DNA of 64,000 bases from contig CDMY01000410.1 in the NCBI GenBank assembly GCA_001179505.1, forward strand, positions 20,734 to 84,733, written 5' to 3'. The position numbers and the translations under genes are program-made. The notes under the pieces are model-generated. The model was not told where the DNA came from. It made no database searches and saw nothing but the letters and a program-made list of their open reading frames with translations. Shown one piece after another: positions 12,643-25,296 of the stretch (positions within the stretch are counted from its first letter, which is position 1; every line of letters begins with the position of its first letter). Origin of the DNA: Vitrella brassicaformis CCMP3155. Lineage: Eukaryota > Protista > Chromerida.

Positions 12643-13643
12643 ATGTTGTTCGGAATGGCATTCATTTCAATCTCGTACGTGCATGTGTTGCTGCTGATCT
12701 CGCCGGTGACCAATGCCTTTCGGCCTTCCATCCGCCCAGGCAGCACTCACGCGGCCTCCAGACGTCGGCAGAGGCTGCTGTCGATGAGAGAGCAAGACGG
12801 CAGCAAAGCAGGGACGTACGGCAACACACCCACTGTGCTGAAAGGCGTGGTATCAGCCCTCACCGGTGGACTGAATTCGTTTGCCGTGAGCCGAGCACAC
12901 TGCAGACGTGCAAGTTGTGGGTGTGCTGCAGTGGCTGGCTGCTGGGCGGTTTGCTGTGTGTGCAGGACGCCACTTCGTCGGGGGCAGACAAGCCGGGCCG
13001 TTCTGCCGCTGCTGTGAGTGGTGGTGAGGGCCGATCTGGCGTGTCATCGACGGCAGATCTGGTGGAGGCCATCCGAGAAGACTACACACAGCGGGCCTAC
13101 TTCCTCACAGGCACGTCACGCACACCTGAAGACCACATATTCGTATGTGCAGACGGGAGAGGCCTGCCTGTCGTCTGTGGATGTGCTTGTCTGACTGCAG
13201 GTGACATCAACGATTCGCTTTATGCGGATGAGTGCGTGTTCACCGACCCAACGATCTCCTTTAAAGGCTTGCAGACATGGTCAGTCAGGCGACACAAGTA
13301 CACACACGTGTGGACATAAAGATACCTAGCTGTGCATCGTTTGTGTTGTGGTTGGGTCAGGAAGCGCAACATCGCCTCTTTGAAGCTCTTGACGACAGAC
13401 AGAAGGCTCGACCTTCAGGTAGGGGAAGAAGGGAGGGAGAGGAGCACTGCACTGCACACACGCTGATCGACTGGCTGCTGCATGTGTGTGTGCTCATCAC
13501 ACTCATTGCAGGACATCCGTGTGTCGCCTGAGGGCTCCTCCATCCAAACCAAGTGGACTCTCTCCGTCACACTGGTCGGTCACCATCCCATCACTCACAC
13601 AAACACACTCCCCGTCCCTCTGTACGCGCGCCGCCCCCATTTC

Positions 13644-13682
<39 letters not shown>

Positions 13683-13938
13683 TGCGTGCGTCTGTGTGCA
13701 GAAGCTCCCATGGCGGCCCCTTGTGTCGATTAGCGGCGGCACCACCCACTACTTCGCGTCAGACCCCGCCGACAGCGGCCGTCTGGTGGTGACTGAGCAC
13801 GTTGAGGAGTGGGACGTGTCGGGGTGGGAGGCCTTTCTGCAGCTCTTCGGCACCAAGGGAAGGGGGAGCGACCAAAGAGATGAAGAGAACAACAGGGGCA
13901 TCATGATGGCCTTCAAGAACTTGCTCAAAGGTAGGTGA
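12643..13938 (+). CDS. DUF2358 / SnoaL-like (NTF2-fold) protein with a predicted bipartite plastid leader; probably spliced on into the CreA copy 1 exons
   Basis: Signal peptide MLFGMAFISISYVHVLLLISPVTNA-FRP plus Ser/Arg-rich transit-like stretch; motifs YFLTGDINDSLYADECVFTDPTISFKG, KWTLSVTLKLPWRP, EHVEEWDVS. Unspliced stop at 13936-13938, but a strong donor AG|GTAGGT lies at 13931. Confidence 0.8.
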
Positions 13939-14019
13939 CTACTGAGGGAGGGAGGGGGGGAGGGGAGCCGACACGTTCCATATGTGCGTGTGTATATGTG
14001 TGTGTATGTGTGTGTGTAG

Positions 14020-15304
14020 GTTTCTCCCTTCCCCCCCGTGGCTTAGTGATGCTCTCCCTGTTCACCCTGTTCACGACGGTGCCCTTCGCCGACTCGCCCC
14101 AAGTCGCACAGATCGGCACCGCACAAGCAGCTGAGGTGATGCACACGGACGGACACCTGTTCGTTCGCCCGTCTGATGTGTATATTGTATTATGTATGTT
14201 GAGTGTATTGTGGTGTGCAGAAGCGGCTGGTGGGCGAGATCGCCGGCAGTGGACTGATCTTCAAGGACACCCTCAACGTGGAGGCGTGGAGCGACCCAAA
14301 GGTCGAGGGCGTCACGATTTACATTGCCGACTTTGCAAGGCCCATCACAGAGAGGTCTGGATGCCCTCATGCCCATCCAAATGACAAATCTGCTAGTGTG
14401 TGTGTGTGTGTGTGAGTGTGTGTGTGCAGGTTTCAGAAGGACTTCTTCTCTGACCCGACATCGGTATCTCTGACATGTGCACAATCAGGGCCCGTCAAGT
14501 GAGGATGGAAAGAAAAGGGCGACGCTCATGGAAGCACATCGGCACACTCTGTCTGTCTTGTGTGTCTGACCCATCGGCCGGCCATCCCACCCTCTGTCTG
14601 TCCGTCAGGATATCGCCGTCAGCCAGTCGATCAAAGGTGGGCAGCGGACCTCATGAATATGTAATTTGTATTGCTACATTAATCCATGTGTGTCTTTGGT
14701 CTTCTTTGGTCCTTCGTCACGTCAGGACGGCGAAGAAGTCATCTCTGAGGCCAGAAGGTCCAATGGCAGAAACCCCAATAGAGATCACATCACACACCGG
14801 GGTATGTGACTGTGTGTGTGTGTATTCAGTTTGCTATTCAAGAGCATTAAGGTGAGGCGGCTGATCGACGAGAAGTCCAACAACATTATATACGTCGCAT
14901 ACAGGTGAGGTGCCCCCTTGTCAAACCCTACACACCACACCACACGGACGGGTACATGCATCTCTCGCTCTGTGTGTGTCTCTGTTGTGCTCAGCACCCG
15001 ATTCGGTGACGATGACTCTAACAAGAGTCGGTTCAAGTCGTCAATATGTGCCCTCTCCGTTAACGCACAACAGCCGGTGCGATACGCACGCACACACATG
15101 GATTGATGGATGGATGAATGCGGGCGACACCCAGCCCTGACTCAGGAGGGTCCTGTATCCATGCAATCCATGTGCGACGGTCTGTCTGTGTGCGTGTGTG
15201 TGGTGGCTGCGCTGCATGCCGTGCAGGTGGCCCCATCCCCGCAGTCAGTGGCATCATCCGCCCCAGCTGACCCCAAGAGCGGCCAGCCCAAGGGGGACTC
15301 ATGA
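14020..15304 (+). CDS. creA: CreA-family protein, copy 1 (exon chain starts at an acceptor with no obvious own first exon)
   Basis: Spliced product LNVEAWSDPKVEGVTIYIA..DPTSVSLTCAQSGPV..EEVISEARRSLLFKSIKVRRLIDEKSNNIIYVAYS resembles E. coli CreA ([53 protein letters not shown]). Confidence 0.85.
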
Positions 15305-15510
15305 ATGAGAGCACTCACTTGTCGGCCAGTGCAGCGGGCGGCGAGGCGTGTACGTGGCGGTGTACATATATAAGATACGCAGCGGAGGGAGGAGAGGATT
15401 GGTTGACAGAGTAATCTGAGCGGCCTGCCGAATGAAGCAAGAGGTTTGGAGGGAGGGTGTAGAATAGCAGCGGCAACTTGGATGAATGCATGGATGGATG
15501 GGGAGGGTCT
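14109..15510 (+). repeat. Tandem segmental duplication, unit A (CreA exons, introns and 3' flank); partner at about 16459-17800
   Basis: Near-identical exons, introns and downstream sequence, starting at cagatcggcaccgcacaagcagctgag in both copies. Confidence 0.9.
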
Positions 15511-15630
15511 GTGAGAACGGACTTTATCGACCGACTACGTGTGTGTGAGGGTGCGCGTGTGCAGGCGATGATGGCACACACCCACCCTCACACACACGCG
15601 CGCACACACACAGGCCTTCCCCCCCCCCCC

Positions 15631-15930
15631 NNNNNNNNNNNNNNNNNNNNNNNNNNNNNNNNNNNNNNNNNNNNNNNNNNNNNNNNNNNNNNNNNNNNNN
15701 NNNNNNNNNNNNNNNNNNNNNNNNNNNNNNNNNNNNNNNNNNNNNNNNNNNNNNNNNNNNNNNNNNNNNNNNNNNNNNNNNNNNNNNNNNNNNNNNNNNN
15801 NNNNNNNNNNNNNNNNNNNNNNNNNNNNNNNNNNNNNNNNNNNNNNNNNNNNNNNNNNNNNNNNNNNNNNNNNNNNNNNNNNNNNNNNNNNNNNNNNNNN
15901 NNNNNNNNNNNNNNNNNNNNNNNNNNNNNN
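15631..15930. other. Assembly gap (300 N) flanked by poly-C
   Basis: Run of N. Confidence 1.
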
Positions 15931-16341
15931 CTTCCCCCCCCCCCCTCCCCTCCTTCTCTGCGCGTGGACCCCTGTTGACTTGAGCCTGTGTGTAAGTGTG
16001 TCTGTCTGTCTGCCAGGCACTGCTGCACAGGCGCATTCACCAATTTCGCAAACCCTACGCATATTTAGGGTTTAGCTGGGCACGTCAGCCGCAGCCCGGC
16101 CCCCCTGCAATGGGAGAAAGCCTCCGCCGTAGCGATCGGCAAAATGCGAGCTTAGACTTGTGCAAGGAGAGTTCCCTTTCCGAAGGCCAATCGGCGCATA
16201 GCAAAGTCCTCAGCGATTCACCCGAGGCATGGCAATTGTCGAGGGAAATCCTTTCACACCCGAATGAGCCTCCGGGTCTTGGCGCAACGCAACACGGCCA
16301 TCTCGACCTGCACACACAGACAGGCACAGACACAGAGAGAG

Positions 16342-17588
16342 ATGTCAGCTTATTTGATCTTCTGGCTGCTCCTGGCTGGCTGCGCCTGTGGCCTTCCTGT
16401 GAGCCTCTCTGTTGCTGATCTGTGCGTTTGGTGCCGTCGGCGTCGTAACACGCACAAGCAGATCGGCACCGCACAAGCAGCTGAGGTGAGGCAATCAATG
16501 CACACGGACGGACACCTGTTCGTTCGCCCGTCTGATGTGTGTTATTGTGTGTGTTGCGTGTATTGTGGTGTGCAGAAGCGGCTGGTGGGCGAGATCGCCG
16601 GCAGTGGACTGATCTTCAAGGACACCCTGAACGTGGAGGCGTGGAGCGATCCAAAGGTCGAGGGCGTCACGATTTACATTGCCGACTTTGCAAGGCCCAT
16701 CACAGAGAGGTCTGGATGCCGAGCTCATGCCACTACAAGTGACAAAACGGTCCGTGTGTGTGTGTGAGTGTGTGTGTGCAGGATTCAGAAGGACTTCTTC
16801 TCTGACCCGACATCGGTGTCTCTGACATGTGCACAATCAGGCCCCGTCAAGTGAGGATGGAAAGAAAGGGGCGACGTTCATGGAAGCACATCGGCACACT
16901 CTGTCTGTCTTGTGTTACCCATCGGCCGGCCATCGAATCGCTTTCTGAATGTCTGTCAGGATATCGCCGTAAGCCAGTCGGTCAAAGGTCGGCAGCGGAC
17001 CTCATGAATCTGTTTGTAGAGCTACATTAATCCATGTCACGTGTCTTTGGTGTTCTTTGGTCCTTCGTCACGTCAGGAGGGTGAGGAAGTCATCTCTGAG
17101 CCGAGAAGGTCCAAAGGCAGAAACACAGAGATCACACAGCTGGGTGAAGGGGTGTGTGTGTGTGTGTGTTCAGTTTGTGCTATTCAAGAGCATCAAGGTG
17201 AGGCGGCTGATCGACGAGAAGTCCAACAACATTATATACGTCGCATACAGGTGAGGTGCCCCCTCGTCAAACCCTACACACCACACCACACGGACGAGTA
17301 CATGCATCTCCCGCTCTGTGTGTGTGTCTCTTTTGTGCTCAGCACCCGATTCGGTGACGATGACTCTAACAAGAGTCGGTTCAAGTCGTCAATATGTGCC
17401 CTCTCCGTCAACGCACAGCAGCCGGTACGCTCACACACATGGATGGATGGATGGAGGCGGGCGACACCCAATCCATGGATGTGCGACGGTCTGTGCGCGT
17501 GTGTGTGCAGGTGGCCCCATCCCCGCAGTCAGTGGCATTATCCGCCCCAGCTGACCCCAAGAGCGGCCAGCCCAAGGGGGACTCATGA
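16342..17588 (+). CDS. creA: CreA-family protein, copy 2, with its own N-terminal signal peptide
   Basis: ATG 16342 MSAYLIFWLLLAGCACGLP, probable phase-0 intron (CCT|GTGAGC..AAGCAG|ATC), then IGTAQAAE|KRLVGE... with the same CreA exons as copy 1; stop 17586-17588. Confidence 0.75.
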
Positions 17589-17800
17589 ATGAGAGCACTC
17601 ACTTGTCGGTCAGTGCAGTGGGCGGCGAGGCGTGTACGTGGCGGTGTACATATATAAGATACACATCGGAGGGAGGAGAGGATTGGTTGACAGAGTAATC
17701 TGAGTGGCCTGCCGAATGAAGCAAGTGGTTTGGAGGGAGGGTGTAGAATAGCAGCGTCGTCAACTTGGATGAATGGATGGATGGATGGATGGAGAGGGTC
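16459..17800 (+). repeat. Tandem segmental duplication, unit B (partner of about 14109-15510)
   Basis: Direct sequence comparison by eye; high identity in exons, introns and 3' flank. Confidence 0.9.
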
Positions 17801-18159
17801 TGCACACCACACCACGACCGCAGGACAACACAGCGCACAGACAGCACGGCAAACATGCATGCGATGACTATGCGATGACCCCCATAATGTTGTGGGTGAA
17901 TGAATGACAATTGATGCAACGTGGGCGCTTCGGTCGACTCCCTCCCCCGATTCCCTCGTGCGAGCTTGGGGTAGGTACTGCAACCCTTTTCCCGGCAGTG
18001 ATGACGACGAAGCATCCAAGGATCAGTTTGATTCACTCGCTCGCAATCAACGGAGAGATTGAAAGGGGCAATGTAGCATGGCGATGACACAGGCGTGCAG
18101 AGCCCGTTGAAACCAGAAAACAGCACTCCGATTCATAGCTTTCGCTGCTTGGTCGCACG

Positions 18160-20160
18160 ATGGCTGCCAGTGCCGCAGCCCAGGTGAGAAGAGGGAGCTG
18201 CAGGCCAGGCAAATCCCTACATCATTGACGTGAATCTTTTGTGTTGTCTGTGTGGTTTGTCATTCGGTTTGGTACAGATGAGCGCAGCGATAGGGTGGCA
18301 GCTGCTGCCGCAGGTACAAGCCTATCGGCTGAAGCAGGCTCAGGTATCAGCTGACAACACACATACCGACTCGTCCATTCCATGCAGTGCATCCAAAGCT
18401 CATCGGCTGCTTGCTTCTGTGTGTGGGTGTGTGGGTGTGTGGGTGTGTGTGCAGGTCAACAGCTGCATCGACCAACTTCTGCAGATGGACACCGCAGCTT
18501 CGATGGCACCACTGGTGCGGCAGGCTGCCAAACACACCACACAACAGCACAAAGCCCTCTGTGTGTCTGTGGAGTCTCCTTTGCTTGGCGTCGCTCTGGT
18601 CGTGTTGATTCATTCGTCAGATGGTGGCCAAGGTGAGTCGTCAATTTGCTGCTGTGTCCGAGCTGCTGGCCGAGTTGGCAGAGACCATCAACTCGACCAT
18701 CGCACTCACAAGACACAGCCGCACTCATGTGAGCGGGGGAGTGACCACAGGCAGGCACAAACACAAGACCCACACTGATGTGGTGTGTTGTGCACCTCTT
18801 ATGTGCTGTTTGGTGTGTTTGCTGTGTGTCATCAGGCCCAACGGTTGCACATCTCTGACATTCCCGCCAACCCCATGAGCGTCATCCTGTCACTGTCTGC
18901 CCTCACCACCATTGCCCACCTCAAGGCGACAGCCCGCCACTTCAGAAACGCCCTGCGGCCCATCATCCGAAATATTTGGCTGCCGAAGGCCATCGAGGTG
19001 GCGGGGGTGGGCGGTGTGGTGCAGTTCGACAATCAGCTGAGCCACGGCGATGTGATGAAGGCCATGTGGGTGGTGGAGGAGGGGGGCGAGGGCGGCTGGG
19101 GGGAGGTGAGTGACACACTCAGATTCGGTGAGCATTTCGGCTATTGCCAGCTGCCGGTCACTGTGGGTGCCGGAGACCTGCAGACACACCCCACCAAGAC
19201 GGTAAACACGACACACAGAAGAGGCAATGGGTGAGCTGCTGGATGTGTGTGTGTGGTCTTCATTCAGGACTTCTTGGCGCTGCCCCGTTTCTGTGCCCAG
19301 TGGATGCTCGTCGGCCGCCGTGTGGCCCTCCGCCGCCCCACCGGCCAGCAAGACGGCACGCTTCAGCTGTCCCTTCACAACAACGAGATCAGGGTCATCC
19401 GCAACGAGCCCAACTTCGCCATCGTCATCAACCCGCCCCTCCCCAAGCCCAACAGCCCCGTCCATCCCTTCTCGCAGCACCCCTTCACCCACCACGCCAA
19501 GCCGCACGACCCGCCAGTCCGCTGCCGCATCCGGTGGCAGACTGGTGTGGGCTGGGTGACGCTTGGCGTCAACGACGGGGGCGTTGACGCGTCGGCGAGC
19601 TCCGTGTGGAAGCGTCTGGTGCTGCGTCACCGGCTGTTGGCTGTGGGCGGCTTTACCCAGTCGCCACCGGTGGCGGTGGACCGGTGAGTGGATGGACGGC
19701 ATACAATGAGAGGGTTAATGGCCATGTGATGTGTGTGTCAGGGGTGGGCGCGGCGGCCAACTCGACCGCATCATCATTCAATCGCCGCACATGCTCCTCA
19801 CCGAATGCTCGGACGTGATTGCGTGCGAGTGGGCCGGTGGGACCTGTGTACAGACGCATGTGCTGACATCATCGGACGACCCATTTATCGCGTGGATTTT
19901 CTTCGTCATCTTCCCAGGCGACAACCAGAGCGGTACGCACACACACACACTGACAACACATCCTCGTGCTGTCGTATCGTTTGATCATCCGCTCTCCGCG
20001 TCATCATGCAGTGCGCGTCTACATCACTACCACCGAGGCTGCAGCAGCAGGTGTCCGTCATGACGCACCCTTCGCCCAGCGATTCCCCCGGACGGCCGCC
20101 AAGGTGCGTCGCGTGCTCGGGCCCATCACCGCCATCGTGCTCGACGGCCAGGCGCCATAG
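18160..20160 (+). CDS. F-box-like family protein, copy 2 (apparently intact)
   Basis: MAASAAAQ|MSAAIGWQLLPQ...; LHISDIPANPMSVILSLSALTTIAHLKATAR; family blocks conserved; ends IVLDGQAP* at TAG 20158-20160. Confidence 0.75.
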
Positions 20161-20496
20161 ATATTGACGACGGCCAGGCGCCAATAGCTATTCGGACGCG
20201 TGTGCACACAGAAAATTGCAGTTAAGTTGCATGACCGCTGACAGAGTCTATACAAAATGTGTTGAGACACACACACAGAGACACTGAATGACCTGCTCAT
20301 ATAAAGGCCGCCGGAAAAAAGCATTCTCACCCACCCACCCGCCCACCGGCCGTAAAACAACAAAACTACGCGAGGCACAAATTGCTGCCTCTACCTGTTC
20401 AGTCATCTATATGCACGAGCAAAAAACTAGGTACCTCCCCATACCCTATTGCATCCATCCACCTGTCTGTCTGTCTGTCTGTCTGTCTACATGTCT

Positions 20497-23200
20497 TCAA
20501 TCTTCCATCCGTCGGATGTAGCTGCGCGGAAGGTCCACCCTCTGATGCTCCTGCTCCCTCATCGGAGGCTCAATGCGGTCCAACTGAGCATGGACCTTGA
20601 GCTTCTTCCTAATCAACACACACAGATAGACAGACAAACAGACAGAGAGGAGAAAGCGATTGATGAAGGGAAGGCGTGTCTTGCGGTCTGGCTGGCTGGC
20701 TGGCTCCGTCTTTCCCCTTACATGAGGTCACACTCCTCGTGTGTATAGTGTGCAGGCGCGTTGGACGGCCTCTCATCTCGAGGAGCATGCGACCCTCCAG
20801 ATAGGTCACCACCACCCTGCCCCTCCGGCATCATGCCGCCACCATTACTCGCGGCATCACCACCGGCTGCCTGCCCTGCCTGCCTCGACGCTCTGTCCGC
20901 CTCCATGCAGTGCTCCATGTCCCAGATGCCCGCGCTCCCCGAGTAGACCTCCAGCTCATCCAAAGAGAACTGGAAGCCCACCGGGGCGGACACCGGCACC
21001 GGGCGGAAAACGCCGTCCCCCGGAACCTCCACGCCGGCACGGCCCCAATACGTCCAGTCGTGAGCCGACGGGCCGCTGCTGTCCGCGAAGGCCTGGCAGT
21101 TGGTCAGGGTGGCATCGCTCGCCGACTGACCCGGCGCGGCGATGCCGATCTGGATGTTGGCTGCGGCGATGAGGCAGGGGAGCGGGGAGGGGGGCTGGGT
21201 GAGATCGGTCCACCTCTCCATCTCAGCCGAGCCCGCCAGCATGAGGGTGCTGCTGCGGGCGAGGGGCTGTATCGGGGGGCCGGTGGAGGGCGGCTGAGGG
21301 GGGCTGTGGAAGCTGAAGGACGATGTGCTATGAATGCTCGTGTGCGGCCCAGTCACTTCGACGGGTGCGGTGATGATGGTCACGAACAGGTGGCCGCTGA
21401 CACGACCAGCCCCAGCCACACAAAGACACCGACAATCCCACCAAGAACTCAATCAGCGACCTCCTCCCTCCCTCCCTCTCTCCTGCCCTCCTTCATGGCC
21501 TTACCTGTCTTTGGCCTTCATCATGATGACCAGGGGTGCAGCATCTCTGACGCACGTCAGGAAGTCCACCCACCGCCAGCCGTCAAGGGACGCCCTGCGT
21601 GGGACAGTATGGCATGCCATCATTGCGTTATATACCTGGCGCGAAGGCTTTGTCGAGTCGAGAGTATTTCTCGCTGCTCACTCACCTCTAGATGCAATAG
21701 ATGCATTCGGTGTCGACAGATGGCGGCAAGCCGGGGGGCGGAGCCGACCATGTGTGCCGCACCTCGTTGATGCCACGCAGGTGCTCGTTCGTCAGCATCC
21801 CGCCCTCCCGGCGCATGAGTCGGGTCCCATCGAGGCCAAACACGTCCAGCGCCCATTGGAACACCCAGTGGCTGACGTCGCCCTTTGACTGAAGCACATG
21901 AGTGTCCGTGATGGGCCGGCGCTGCTGGAAGGCGCGGACCACCAGGTCTGCCGCGCGGCGAATGGCATCGATGGGACGCGCTGCCCCGATGGGACACCCA
22001 CTGACATCGTTGCTACATACACCGACACAACACAACACACACACACACATGGATACGAACAAGTGTGCACTATATAAGCAGCCGCACGAATGCAGTCGAG
22101 CTCACTGTTCGAATCGCGAGTAGAAAATGCTGAGTGCGCCGCCAGGGAGCGACCATGCCGCCGCCTTCGTGACGGTCACGGTCGACCCCAACACATCCAC
22201 CGACATGAGCTGACAGGAGAAGACGTCACACAGCCGACAAGCGCTTCGCTCGGCTTCTTCTCCTCACATGTATTTGTGGGTACCTACCCTACCTGGTCAG
22301 CAAGTGGATTGCCGCTTTTGAGCATTGGTTTGATGCCTTCGAGGCGAGCCAACTCGTCCGCCATGCCCTCCTGAATCTTCTCAGCCATTGCCAGCATGTC
22401 GTTGGCCTCACTCACCCCCGCAGAGCCGGTGCTGGCCGCTCTGTCAGCACACAAGCACAGAGCCATTTGCAAACGAAAAATTGCCTCACCAATGTGTGTG
22501 TGTGTGTGTGTGTGTGTTTGTGTGTCCCCACCTGGCCGACTGGTTCCGCCGTGCAGTGGGCGGGTTATGCAGCAGCGTGTCGAACCAATACCTGATCCAT
22601 ACAGTGAATCAGGGACATGATGTTGTATTCAGTGCCTTCCAGTGGTCGAGGGCCGGCCTCTTACTTGTATGCCATATCATCTTGCTTCCCCTCAGGCAGG
22701 CGCACGTGGAAGTTGGGATCCCACCGATGCGCCTGGAGCTGGTTACACAACCTGACACACACACACACACACAGAGACAGGCAGGCAACACACAGCCGTC
22801 AATCCCATCCCTCATCCCTCCCTCACTCTGTGAAGGCCGCCGGGTAGACCGCCAGCAAAACGCGCCCGCTGCCGTCACGCACAAGTGCACGATCGAATCG
22901 GCCGCTGAAGAGGGTGGCGAGCAGGCTGCCCTTGGCCGCACACAGTGTGGAGCGAGCGGCGGGCACGACCGCGCCACTCACATTCAGCTCCAGCACCTCC
23001 TCACCGCTGCCAGTGCCAGCAGCAGATGTCCCCAAGTCGGCGACGCCGCCCATCTGTGTCACTTGCCGTTTGTACTCTGTGAGTATGCTGTGGATGCTGT
23101 CGATGTAGCGTGCCGTCAGCTGTGGCGCCTGTGCTGCCCATCTTGTGGCGGCGGTGAGGAAGTCGTCCCCTAGGTGTCCAGGCTGCACGTCGCCGTCCAT
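20497..23200 (-). CDS. BTB/POZ (two copies) + TLDc-like domain protein
   Basis: KCTD-type BTB1 VLELNVSGAVVPAARSTLCAAKGSLLATLFSGRFDRALVRDGSGRVLL; BTB2 VDVLGSTVTVTKAAAWSLPGGALSIFYSRF; TLDc-like RASLDGWRWVDFLTCVRDAAPLVIMMK ... FQFSLDELEVY; last exon 20608-20497 joined via donor AT|GTAAGG. Confidence 0.7.
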
Positions 23201-23324
23201 CGTGATCAGCACACCTACCAAGGGCGCCTGAGGCAGTGCAAGGGATGCAAGGGATCTTTTGGAGGAACGGATCGAGAAAGCGGCGCAAGCTTTTGACCCT
23301 AAACCCAAAACCCTGGGTGTTTCG

Positions 23325-24996
23325 ATGGCTGCTAGCGAGGCGTCAATGGCTGCCTCGGAGCCGTCTTCAGCTGGCAGCAGCGTGCGCGACTTTCACGACT
23401 TGACGGACGTCCTGCCATCGATATGCGGCTTCTTCACTCTCGGGGAGTTGGCGGTGTTCGCCAGATGCTGCTCAGCCACAGACAGAGTGGTGAGAGCCCA
23501 CAAAGAAAGCGATAGCACTCCATCTCTTCATCAATCATTCGCTCTGTTTGTGCGGGCAGGCTCGTCTTGAGATAGTGTGGGCCCCTCGTCTGCGTCTGAC
23601 TCAGTTTGCCTTCCCTGACTTCTCGCTGCGGGGCAGCGAAGCGCTGAGCAAGAACCCATGGCGGTTCGCACACGTCAAACACAAACTCAGGTACAGCACC
23701 GCCCTCACATTGAATGAAAGAGGGCAGGCTTGGCTCTCATCCCTTGTGTGTGCCGTGTGTGTCAGGCTCGGTTTGGCGGCGTATGAGCGCCGAGATTTTG
23801 CCCTGGCTATCCGGCACTACGCTGTGGCTCACCAGGTGCACAAGGAGAGAGCCAACGTCCGGCTTGTGGAGGGCAGGATGGATGCTCTGCTGCTGTGTGA
23901 ATGTCGTCCAGATTGCCCCGACCAACGAAACGGTGCTGACCCGCAAAGCGGGTAAGAGTGCGTGACAGATTGACAGATGGATGGAAGACGATTGCGATGG
24001 GCTTGATGGACTGACTGATGGCACGCACTCGTGGCTTTCATGGCTTGCTTCAGATGCGCACTATGCTAACGACGAGAAAGACGTTGCACAGGAACTCTAC
24101 AGGTGAGCCACACATGAAGAAGAAACCAACAGCATCCAGGCGGCAGCCCACACACACGGATCCGCCTGCCTGGTGTGCCCCCGCAGGCGTGCCATAGAGG
24201 TGAATGAGGACAGCTCCTATGGCTGGAATGGGCGTTCGCTCGAGGAGGGCATCCCGGAAGCTGAGGCCATCAGCCGTCTCGAGAGGGCCACACGACTCAA
24301 CCCGAGCAACTCGTATGCGCTGAGCAACCTGGCCTCCAAGTGAGTGAGCAAACAGACAGACACAGATGGACAGACAGATGGACAGTAGTATCGAGTAATC
24401 ACATATGTATGTCCATTCTGCCCTCTTTTTGTCCACAGGTTGGTTTCGCGTGATTCGTCGCGTGCTCTGGAGGTGTTAAACCGAGCGCTGGCACTCAACC
24501 CGCGACTTTTCTACGCCCGACACACCAAGGTTCAATGCACTCACAGCCAGGAGACGATCAACGAATATCTCATGTTTTCCTGCCTGTTGTGTGTCAGGCT
24601 GTACTTTTGGCGCGCCGGGGCCAGCTGAGTGAAGCCATTCGGTAGAGAAGAGATGGACGACCACCCAACGGGTGGATGGATTGAGGTATCTGTGACCTTT
24701 CTGCCTGTCGTGTCAGAGTGTTGGATGAGCAAGTTGAAGTCCACCCCGATGACCAAACCGGCAGGTCAGTGACCACCCACACCCACATGCATGTTGATCC
24801 ACCTGCCTGTCTGCTCTCATCCATCAACCATAGGCATCTGCGCGACGACCTGCATCGCATGGAGGTGATGCGTCGGCTGGTGCACCAGGCGATCGCCCAG
24901 CCCTTCATGCCACCCCCTCCTCAGCCGGTGGGGAATGGTGGAGATGCCGAGGGCGACGGGGGGGCGGGGACGGGGGAGATGGAAGACGTGGACTGA
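23325..24996 (+). CDS. F-box + TPR-repeat protein
   Basis: F-box-like DLTDVLPSICGFFTLGELAVFARCC; TPR-like helices LGLAAYERRDFALAIRHY, AISRLERATRLNPSNSYALSNLA, ALEVLNRALALNPRLFYARHTK; stop 24994-24996. Confidence 0.75.
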
Positions 24997-25296
24997 CTAG
25001 AGTGGGTGGTAGACGCCTGTGTGCGCATGCATATGTGTGTGTGGGGGGGGTGTGGCGAACTGTAAAACATAGAGCGGGCGACGGACACATCTTGCATGTC
25101 AAATAAGAAGTCTCGAAGTTTCGTCCACCATGCGCACTCATTTGCACGCGCTACAGCCACCTCGTACGGCCCTTCCTTCTAACACGTGGAGCCTGCCAGC
25201 GCGCCTGCACACGATCCATCTACACATATAAAGACACATAACTATACACGCGCATCGTCATGCCATCATGATGTGTGTGGCTCTCACCTTCATGGT

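Noticed and set aside
15310-15500. Conserved minus-strand ORF (KLPLLFYTLPPNLLLHSAG...) repeated at about 17600-17770
   Set aside because: Conservation is explained by the recent CreA segmental duplication; no start context or family motif.
15478-16062. ORFs containing long X runs (also at 27.5-28.6, 30.3-31.2 and 34.2-35.1 kb)
   Set aside because: Artefacts of translating through 300-N gaps.
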